From NCBI GenBank assembly GCA_910587065.1, contig CAJUMA010000001.1:9346-73345 (forward strand): a stretch of DNA of 64,000 bases, written 5' to 3'. Each line of letters begins with the position of its first letter. The stretch's first letter is position 1. Shown here one piece after another: positions 57,061 through 64,000 of this stretch. A program made the translations under genes and the position numbers. A model generated the notes under the pieces. That model ran no database searches. It was not told the DNA's origin and saw nothing but the letters and a program-made list of their open reading frames with translations. This DNA comes from an uncultured Bacilli bacterium. GTDB taxonomy: Bacteria > Bacillota_I > Bacilli_A > RF39 > UBA660.

Positions 57061-58062
57061 TTAATTTAATAAATCATTTACATTCAATGACATTATAAAT
57101 TCTATTCTCTCTTTACAGTTCCAATACTTAGATGCATTAGATTCAAATAATAAATACAATAATGAATCATTAACACTTATTTGTTCCATTAACGGTGGAG
57201 TTTTAATTTTCTTTAATTCTGCACCAACATAATTTTTTCTCTTTTCTTCATATTCGTATACGTATAAAAATGATGAAAAACTTCGTCCATATGATTGGCT
57301 TATTAATAAATATTTTTTATGATTATATTCAACAAAATCTAAACTTTGAGTTTTTTTAGGCACAATAAATTTATCTATATATTTTAAATCTATTTTTTTA
57401 TCATTGCTTGTAATCTTATATTTTTTTACAGTACACTCAGAATTAATAAAAAAGTTCCCAATGTATAAATAATCACCATCTACACATAAATAGGCAATTA
57501 ACTTCTTTGAAGAATTTTGAAAGTCAATCAATTCTTCACTAATATAGTTAAACTTATATTTAGCTTTAACATTTTGTTTAGTGAAAAAATCAAAAACTAT
57601 ATAAGCATTTAACACACCATCATTATCAGGAATCCATAATAATTGCCTTTTTTCATCATAAGAGATAGAGCCAACATGAGAGTCTGTATCTAACTCAACT
57701 ATATTAACTATATCACCAAGTGCATCTATTACATAACATTTAGACTTTTTATGAGAATCATAATAACCAGTGATTAAATAATGTCCCCTTACCAAAGTTA
57801 TTCCTTGAGGTATAAATTTATTTTCAACGGGAATTTGGATATTAGCTTCTTTTATCATTGTTTTTAAACTACTATAATTATTTAAAGTAGACATAACATT
57901 TTCATTAATTAAATCATCTTTTTTAATAATGTTTATTGCAGGTATAACATTATCTTCAACAGAATTCTTATAATTTATTTCATCAGTATTGTTAATAATA
58001 TAAGTTGATTGTGTTACAGACATTAACAAAATAAATACTATAACAATTATTCTTAATTTCAT
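57061..58062 (-). CDS. secreted hypothetical protein (333 aa)
   Basis: Signal peptide MKLRIIVIVFILLMSVTQS. It is the last gene of the ECF sigma operon. Confidence 0.55.
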   Translation of the reverse strand: MKLRIIVIVFILLMSVTQSTYIINNTDEINYKNSVEDNVIPAINIIKKDDLINENVMSTLNNYSSLKTMIKEANIQIPVENKFIPQGITLVRGHYLITGYYDSHKKSKCYVIDALGDIVNIVELDTDSHVGSISYDEKRQLLWIPDNDGVLNAYIVFDFFTKQNVKAKYKFNYISEELIDFQNSSKKLIAYLCVDGDYLYIGNFFINSECTVKKYKITSNDKKIDLKYIDKFIVPKKTQSLDFVEYNHKKYLLISQSYGRSFSSFLYVYEYEEKRKNYVGAELKKIKTPPLMEQISVNDSLLYLLFESNASKYWNCKERIEFIMSLNVNDLLN

Positions 58063-58067
58063 ACAAA

Positions 58068-58883
58068 TTAATAATGCAATGATTCTAGTATATTTTTTAC
58101 CTCTTCATTGGAGTCCAATTTTTGATTTGAAGAATAGATATCTAAAGCGTATAATACAGAATCATATTCAAACCAAATTTTTTTAACCCATCCATAATCG
58201 ACACCATATACTGGAACTTTTAAATTATTAATGTAATATATAGATTTCATTTCTTCTATATTATACTCTTCTTCATTTAACGGAATTTCAGTATCTACCA
58301 AATATTTAGTATTTATGTATATTCTTAGCTTTAAGTTTATATTACCATCTAATTTCTTATTATTAATTGGTTTTATTAACTCCAGATTCAAGCTAGCAAT
58401 TTTTCCATCAACTCGTTTTAAATTTTTTATTAAAAAGTGTTTTTTTTCAAATAAATTACTTTTTAATAGTTTAATACTCAACTTGTCTTCCAATTCCTCA
58501 TAAGAATAATAAAAACATTTATCATTTTTTGGAACTCTATCCGCATCACTAATTTCACAATTAAATTCTTTTAAATTAGCATCATAATTTAAGATTTTTT
58601 TTGATTTTGAAAATGCATAAAATCTAACGGGATTGTTGCTATTTTTATCACTATACTTTCTCGATACTAAATTATTTATCATTTCTTTTATTTCATTTGC
58701 ATATACAACACCTGTACTTATCAACATAATATTCAAAAGAAGTATTACAGATAGGACTATTCTTTTTTCTCTTTTTCTTTTTTTATAGCCTTTTAATATT
58801 TTTATATTTAAATCATTTAATTTCTCCTTTGATAAGGAAACATTATCAAAAGTATTATTAAAACTATCATTTAATTTTTTCAT
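58068..58883 (-). CDS. putative anti-sigma factor (single-pass membrane protein)
   Basis: Overlaps the sigma gene stop by 4 nt. Has a short cytoplasmic N-terminus, a TM helix VLSVILLLNIMLISTGVVYA and an extracytoplasmic domain. Confidence 0.55.
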   Translation of the reverse strand: MKKLNDSFNNTFDNVSLSKEKLNDLNIKILKGYKKRKREKRIVLSVILLLNIMLISTGVVYANEIKEMINNLVSRKYSDKNSNNPVRFYAFSKSKKILNYDANLKEFNCEISDADRVPKNDKCFYYSYEELEDKLSIKLLKSNLFEKKHFLIKNLKRVDGKIASLNLELIKPINNKKLDGNINLKLRIYINTKYLVDTEIPLNEEEYNIEEMKSIYYINNLKVPVYGVDYGWVKKIWFEYDSVLYALDIYSSNQKLDSNEEVKNILESLHY

Positions 58884-59371
58884 TTAACACCCTCCATTTC
58901 TTTTTTTAAAGCCAGTTTTCCTCTAGACAAACGCATCTTTATGGCCGATTCACTTTTACCCATTTGTAAAGCAATTTCTTTTATACTATATCCTTCATAA
59001 TAAAATAGATATAAAGGTATTCTATAATCAGAATTAATATTATTTAATGATTCAATTAAAATATCTTTTTTATCTGTTTTATCTTTTACATCATCTTTTA
59101 TTATTGCCTTTAATTTTCTCCAAGGTGATTTTAAAATATCTTTTGCTTCATTTATACATACTCTAAATAACCATCTTTTAGCATCCTCATGTGTTAAAGA
59201 TAATATTTTTTTGTTATTATATAATTTAATAAAGACTTTCTGAACTACATCTTCAGAATCTTCTTTATTTAATAAATAACTAAACGCCAATCTATAGATA
59301 TCATTACTATACATTTGATATAATTCATTAAATCTATTTTCCATATTATCTAATTCCTTTGCTCCTTTCAT
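58880..59371 (-). CDS. ECF-type RNA polymerase sigma-70 family factor
   Basis: Region 2 (YRLAFSYLLNKEDSEDVVQKVFIKL) and region 4 HTH (YYEGYSIKEIALQMGKSESAIKMRLSRGK). The true start may be ATG 59344, because the first codons lie inside the duplicated promoter element. Confidence 0.85.
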   Translation of the reverse strand: MKGAKELDNMENRFNELYQMYSNDIYRLAFSYLLNKEDSEDVVQKVFIKLYNNKKILSLTHEDAKRWLFRVCINEAKDILKSPWRKLKAIIKDDVKDKTDKKDILIESLNNINSDYRIPLYLFYYEGYSIKEIALQMGKSESAIKMRLSRGKLALKKEMEGVK

Positions 59372-59404
59372 TATACCAACGATTTAAAGCAATAAAAAGT
59401 CACA
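59364..59404 (-). promoter_or_regulatory. 41-bp promoter element, copy 1 (upstream of the ECF sigma gene)
   Basis: The minus strand reads TGTGACTTTTTATTGCTTTAAATCGTTGGTATAATGAAAGG. It contains TGTGAC-N17-CGTT (ECF-like geometry) and an overlapping TGGTATAAT. It is identical to 60660-60700. Confidence 0.55.
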
Positions 59405-59423
59405 TCTAATTTTATTTCTTCAA

Positions 59424-59449
59424 ATAAAAAAAGAGGTATATAGCCTCTT
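59424..59449 (-). terminator. intrinsic terminator after the 313-aa secreted protein gene
   Basis: On the minus strand: AAGAGG, loop CTATATA, CCTCTT, followed by TTTTTATTT. Confidence 0.6.
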
Positions 59450-59453
59450 TCTA

Positions 59454-60395
59454 TTAATTAGTAACTTGAACCCCTTGCATAGCATCATAATAGTTGCGTA
59501 CTGTAGCATTGCTAAAGTATACAACATTACCAAGACCACCTGTTTGAATGGAATAAGATTTAGCTTGAGCTAAAGTAATATTGCTATTACGTGCATGTTG
59601 ATATGTTCCATAAGCTGTATTTCCAATGCTATTAGCAAATTCAAGGACAAAATTTAATTCCAATCCCGAACTAGCATTGTCAAAAATATTCATAATTTGT
59701 CCAAATCCATTAGTAGTAATTTTTTGATTACCACTGCCTAATTGATAATTAGCAACTAAACCTTTACCATTTTTATCAACACAAGATTGTTCTCCGATAA
59801 AACTTACAACATTAGAGGTTGGCATAGACTTATTCCAACGAACAGCCAAAATATCATATTTTTTTATCATAGGAACTTTAAACCACTCTACATTCATTAT
59901 AATTGTTGGTATTACATCAGAAAAATCTGAGCCATAGACAAATTCTTTAAATGTAAATGATAGTTTTTTACTAGATGTTTCATAAACCACATCGTATGAA
60001 TCATATAATGGCATTGGTATTTCAGAAATATCATGTAATTTCATATCAGATAATATATGAAGATTGTCATTTTTAGCAACTTTCTTTGCTTCAGATTCTG
60101 TAGCAAAAATAGTAATAGAGTCAACAATTTCTCCATTTACAATTTTATCAGTAGTAATAGTATAATCTGTCGTTGTTTGAATTTTATCGTTTGGATTTAA
60201 AAGGCCATCTATTTGTTTTTGATTTAATAAATCAATAGTCCTTTTGCTAAAATTAGCAGATAAATTTTTATATTGTTCAGATGCTATTTTTACACCCTTT
60301 GTGTTTGTATATGTTCCATCTTCATTTAGTGTTAATGCATTAGCTGAAGTTATGCCTATAAAAAGACATCCAATTAATAATAATACTTTTTTCAT
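59454..60395 (-). CDS. secreted hypothetical protein (313 aa)
   Basis: Signal peptide MKKVLLLIGCLFIGITSANA. Preceded by a ~265-nt leader and copy 2 of the 41-bp element. Confidence 0.6.
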   Translation of the reverse strand: MKKVLLLIGCLFIGITSANALTLNEDGTYTNTKGVKIASEQYKNLSANFSKRTIDLLNQKQIDGLLNPNDKIQTTTDYTITTDKIVNGEIVDSITIFATESEAKKVAKNDNLHILSDMKLHDISEIPMPLYDSYDVVYETSSKKLSFTFKEFVYGSDFSDVIPTIIMNVEWFKVPMIKKYDILAVRWNKSMPTSNVVSFIGEQSCVDKNGKGLVANYQLGSGNQKITTNGFGQIMNIFDNASSGLELNFVLEFANSIGNTAYGTYQHARNSNITLAQAKSYSIQTGGLGNVVYFSNATVRNYYDAMQGVQVTN

Positions 60396-60659
60396 AAATC
60401 TTCTATCCTCCTATTCTTATCAAAAAAGTTTTTATTAATTATATTTTTTACATCACCTACCATTCTACAATTTAACATCCATGGATTTTGTTAAATCAAT
60501 TTATATCAAATTTTAAAATTTAATATACAAAACTGTACATCATTTACTATACAAGATTAAGATAACATAAAATCAAGAAAAAGAAGAGGGCTTATCAAGA
60601 CCGTAAAAAAATGGGTTTAATATAAAAAAATGGGCTTATCAAGACCTTGATAGTTTACA

Positions 60660-60700
60660 CCTTTCATTATACCAACGATTTAAAGCAATAAAAAGTCACA
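60660..60700 (-). promoter_or_regulatory. 41-bp promoter element, copy 2
   Basis: An exact 41/41 copy of 59364-59404. Here the ATGAAAGG is followed by only a 16-codon ORF, so the shared part behaves as promoter/5'UTR rather than coding sequence. Confidence 0.55.
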
Positions 60701-60734
60701 ACCCAAAAAAAATCTAGCTTAAGCTAGATAAATA

Positions 60735-61208
60735 CTATAACTTATTTATATTAGTATTTTCTGAAGTATTTTTAATAAATTCTTGAAATCTTTCAAAACT
60801 TGCGATATCTTCTTCATTAAAATTAGTTAGAAAGTCTCTGTTATCTGAAAAAATAGCATCATGATAAAAATATGCGAAATTTTCTTTTCTAGAAGAAAGA
60901 GAATACTCTAAACGCATAAAAGCATCACTTGTGACATTATCCATTTCTGGAATAAGTGCATAAATATCTTGTGGTTCTTTAGCTAAAATCGCTTTAACTG
61001 ATAAAATAGAATGCCATTTTATCCGTTCATTTAATTCTTCCAAATCTAACTCATCACCAAAAACGTTTTTTCCAATCTTAATAAAACTTTGTAAAGCTTT
61101 TTGATATTCCTGTTTTTGTGGACTAGCAATATTATTATCTCTTTCGTTTAAAGGAATCTTACTATATAATTCCTTTACTTGTTTACTAAGCAAATATAAT
61201 TCATCCAT
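60735..61208 (-). CDS. hypothetical protein (157 aa)
   Basis: ORF with an RBS, predicted helical. No motif recognised. Confidence 0.5.
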   Translation of the reverse strand: MDELYLLSKQVKELYSKIPLNERDNNIASPQKQEYQKALQSFIKIGKNVFGDELDLEELNERIKWHSILSVKAILAKEPQDIYALIPEMDNVTSDAFMRLEYSLSSRKENFAYFYHDAIFSDNRDFLTNFNEEDIASFERFQEFIKNTSENTNINKL

Positions 61209-61267
61209 ATTTCATATCTCCTATTACAAATATATTATCATAACTAAAAAATAGTATAAATAATTCT

Positions 61268-62878
61268 TTAGGAAAGTCTTTTATCCAATAATGGCACTTC
61301 AAATTTATTATCTCTAAATTCAAACAACAATGATATTGCATTGGCATTAACTAATTTTCGATCCATTACAATAAATATTTTTCCCTCTACATCACTGTTA
61401 GCAACAACATTTGCTTTAATAGTATAATCTTTATTAAATACGGTATACTTTATTGTGCAATAATTCTCAAATACTTTATTATATGTATTAAACGTTTTAG
61501 TGAAAAGGGCTTCTTCATACATTGTTCCTTTATAATCTATTACTAACATTGTTTCTGTATTTAATCTAAGCGGTCTAATAACATTAGATAATGGATTACA
61601 TGCTGTAACATCTTTACAAACTACATATCTATTATCAAAAGAATCTATAATGCTGTAACCCGTTACAGTTAAGTTAAAAGGATTAACATTAGCAACATTT
61701 GTATTTATTGTTTCATTTATGTTGGTTTTAAATACATTACTTGTTTGATCAACACTCGTTGCACTTACATTAAATTTTTTAGCTTTACTTAATATCTTAT
61801 TACCTGAGATATCTATTCCATATTGAACTTGTAAGGTGAAATTTCTTGTAGTTGTACTTTTAGGAATCTCATAAGTTAAAGTAACATCTTTAGTAACTGA
61901 TGGAATTAGTGGATCACCCTCATTATAAGGTATCCCAAAATCATAAAATTTCTGATTCCTTGTTAATGTTGGATAATAAGTTAATTGCCCATCTGCTAAA
62001 GTTATATTATCAAGATTTAAAGTTTTTTCGACATCAGTATTATTAAAAAGAGTTAAGTTAACAACAACATATTTATATATATCACTTAATTGAACACCAT
62101 TAAAGTCTCTTTCTGTAATATAAGAATCTCTAACAGTATAAGCTATACCATCTACTATATTGGTCTCTTCTTTATTAACCTTCTTTAAATAAGTATTATA
62201 ATAATATACACCATATCCAGAAAAGAATAAAGCAAGTATACCAATAAAAACAGAAATACCAAACTTATTTTCTAAAATATAATATTTAAGTTCTCTTACT
62301 GTCCTTCTAACAAATCTTAAATATTTATAGTTATTTTGTCCAATTAAAACCTCAAATTCCGCTGAGTCCACATCAGCAATCTCTAATTCCTCTACGTCTT
62401 TACTAAAGTTAAATTGTTTTAAATTAAATCCTATTCCTCTAATAAAACAGATTATCATCAATACATAATTAGGAAGCAAACAAATTGTTGAAATATCTCT
62501 ACCTAAAATTAGCTGATCCGATTCAACAACATTTTCTTGAAGAATACTTAAGAGATTAAATTCATAGTAAAATAAAGCTATTTCAATAACACCATAAATA
62601 AGTAAAAATAAATATAACTTAGTTGGTTTTTTCTTTTCTCTTAATAACCAAAACACTACTCCTGATAAAAACAAAAAAATAAATAAAATATAATAAACAC
62701 TTTTATTTATGTAAGCATCAGCACCTGCATAAATAAATGTACTACTAGATTGTAAAGATGCAAATAGATTATTTATATCTCGGGCAACCATAAGTAAGTA
62801 CCCAAGGCAAGCAAGCATCATTAAATGTATTAATCGGAAATGCTTTATTATAAAAGCATATGGTTTCTTTAAAATCAT
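61268..62878 (-). CDS. hypothetical membrane protein (536 aa): 5-6 N-terminal TM helices plus a large extracytoplasmic domain
   Basis: Hydrophobic N-terminal 220 aa. The remainder appears beta-rich. Confidence 0.55.
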   Translation of the reverse strand: MILKKPYAFIIKHFRLIHLMMLACLGYLLMVARDINNLFASLQSSSTFIYAGADAYINKSVYYILFIFLFLSGVVFWLLREKKKPTKLYLFLLIYGVIEIALFYYEFNLLSILQENVVESDQLILGRDISTICLLPNYVLMIICFIRGIGFNLKQFNFSKDVEELEIADVDSAEFEVLIGQNNYKYLRFVRRTVRELKYYILENKFGISVFIGILALFFSGYGVYYYNTYLKKVNKEETNIVDGIAYTVRDSYITERDFNGVQLSDIYKYVVVNLTLFNNTDVEKTLNLDNITLADGQLTYYPTLTRNQKFYDFGIPYNEGDPLIPSVTKDVTLTYEIPKSTTTRNFTLQVQYGIDISGNKILSKAKKFNVSATSVDQTSNVFKTNINETINTNVANVNPFNLTVTGYSIIDSFDNRYVVCKDVTACNPLSNVIRPLRLNTETMLVIDYKGTMYEEALFTKTFNTYNKVFENYCTIKYTVFNKDYTIKANVVANSDVEGKIFIVMDRKLVNANAISLLFEFRDNKFEVPLLDKRLS

Positions 62879-62940
62879 TAATAACGCCTCCTTATTCTCC
62901 TAAATTATAACATAAAAAAAAGAAAAAATATATTGCTACA

Positions 62941-63264
62941 TTAATTCTTTTTATTGACTAACATTTGCCCTTCTAGTAAATAGATGGTTTTATTATCTTC
63001 CAATAATTTATTATTTGATATATTAAATGTCTTGCTTACCATATCAAGTGTATCGCCTTGTTTTGTAATATAATAACTATAATTAGAATTAGGAATTAAA
63101 AGTGTTTGCCCTGGATAAATATAATCATTCATATCAAGACCATTTAAACTAGCAAGTAAATTTGGATTTATGTTATATTTCTTACTTATTTTATAAAGAT
63201 TATCTCCTTTATCTATTGTATAATAATCAAAGTAAGTCTCTTTATTTAAATCTCTAAAATACAT
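62941..63264 (-). CDS. LysM-repeat protein (two LysM domains)
   Basis: YTIDKGDNLYKISKKYNINPNLLASLNGL and YYITKQGDTLDMVSKTFNISNNKLLEDN. Confidence 0.8.
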   Translation of the reverse strand: MYFRDLNKETYFDYYTIDKGDNLYKISKKYNINPNLLASLNGLDMNDYIYPGQTLLIPNSNYSYYITKQGDTLDMVSKTFNISNNKLLEDNKTIYLLEGQMLVNKKN

Positions 63265-63310
63265 ACAATCACTCCTATTATAAGGTATGTATTTTAAAAA
63301 TTTTTGTTAA

Positions 63311-64000
63311 TCAAAAAATGAATATTTTATTACTTGATGAGAAATTCCATTCAAAATAACTTAATAGTTTAGTTATTCCTGTTTTTATGTTATATCTTAA
63401 TAGCGTATCTTTCTTTAAGTAAAAAACATCATTCTCATGAATATCTACGAAAGCATCTATCTCAACTTCATCAAACAAGATATGTTTATCACTTAATTGA
63501 TAATTATAATATACTTTATTATCTTTTATAGAATAATTTATTAAACGAGTACCTTCAAAATAAATATTGTTATAAACTAACTTATTTAAGCCTATTGTAT
63601 CCCATAAGTTATTGTAATACAAAGCTCCTTCATTATCACTAGTAATCGTGATGGAAGCTTTTTCTACATTTAGTTTATACTGAACTTTATTCTTCTTATC
63701 GAATAAGTATATAAAACCATCTACATCACCCATAAAATATGAATTAAAGGATATTTTATAATCAAAAGCCCATTCACTTATCTTTTTCTCCTTTTGATTA
63801 AATACATAAAATTTACTAAATTCTCTTGTAGAATCATAATCAGCAATAAGTAAATAAGAGCCTAATTGATAAGATAAATTGTTGTCATAAGATTCATTTT
63901 TCAAAAAATTATATTCCTTATTATCCAAAATACTAGAAATTCCATGACCATTCCAAATATAATAATCATAATCTTCATTATAAACTGCTATTTTTGATAT
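63311..64000 (-). CDS. hypothetical protein, C-terminal part (N-terminus beyond the right edge)
   Basis: The track start at 63928 is a TTG. The same frame is open to position 64000 (ISKIAVYNEDYDYYIWNGHGISSI-LDNKEY..), so the gene is truncated by the window. Confidence 0.5.
   Translation of the reverse strand: MSKIAVYNEDYDYYIWNGHGISSILDNKEYNFLKNESYDNNLSYQLGSYLLIADYDSTREFSKFYVFNQKEKKISEWAFDYKISFNSYFMGDVDGFIYLFDKKNKVQYKLNVEKASITITSDNEGALYYNNLWDTIGLNKLVYNNIYFEGTRLINYSIKDNKVYYNYQLSDKHILFDEVEIDAFVDIHENDVFYLKKDTLLRYNIKTGITKLLSYFEWNFSSSNKIFIF

Noticed and set aside
1-64000. CRISPR arrays, rRNA genes, IS transposases, reverse transcriptases/retrons and prophage structural genes
   Set aside because: There are no regularly spaced 25-40 bp repeats, no rRNA-like GC-rich segments, and no DDE/RT motifs in any track ORF. 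The only recombinase is the tyrosine integrase at 31333-32595.

Overview
This is a 64-kb window from a very AT-rich, low-GC Firmicutes chromosome. Gene order resembles Bacilli or Erysipelotrichia. The code is standard: TGA is used as a stop and RF2 is present. About 90% of genes lie on the minus strand.

The backbone consists of housekeeping blocks known from Bacillus:
- dnaB-rplI and rpsR-ssb-rpsF-ychF
- prfB, then secA-hpf-csp-smpB-rnr-secG
- typA, plus envelope genes (htrA, FemAB-type transferase, YfhO, DAG-kinase-like) and one tRNA-Cys

Several normally contiguous junctions are interrupted by accessory or decaying DNA:
1. A ~6-kb integrase island sits in the 3' end of secA. It is bounded by a second, degenerate SecA zinc-tail and carries only an HTH-Fic gene translationally coupled to a 1067-aa orphan. 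That orphan has a nuclease-like N-terminus and a TPR-like middle. This is my best candidate for an undescribed defence or abortive-infection module.
2. A two-gene cassette (unknown 229-aa protein plus an amidoligase-like protein) is wedged between ychF and rpsF.
3. A frameshifted Fic pseudogene lies between rpsR and rplI.
4. About 19 kb of mixed cargo separates prfB from secA. It includes a GNAT / 393-aa membrane protein / ABC exporter operon followed by a 54-codon Cys/Glu-rich metallothionein-like ORF that is absent from the supplied ORF track.

Other features seen directly in the sequence:
- the classical prfB +1 frameshift site
- an Abi_2 (AbiD/F-like) gene
- an ECF sigma/anti-sigma cluster whose 41-bp promoter element is exactly duplicated upstream of a secreted-protein gene
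- a tandem pair of paralogous membrane proteins between hpf and secA
- a Nudix-PHP fusion
- several genes broken at homopolymer runs or by in-frame stops

I saw no CRISPR array, rRNA, transposase or tmRNA. All product calls rest on motifs read by eye; no database search was possible.
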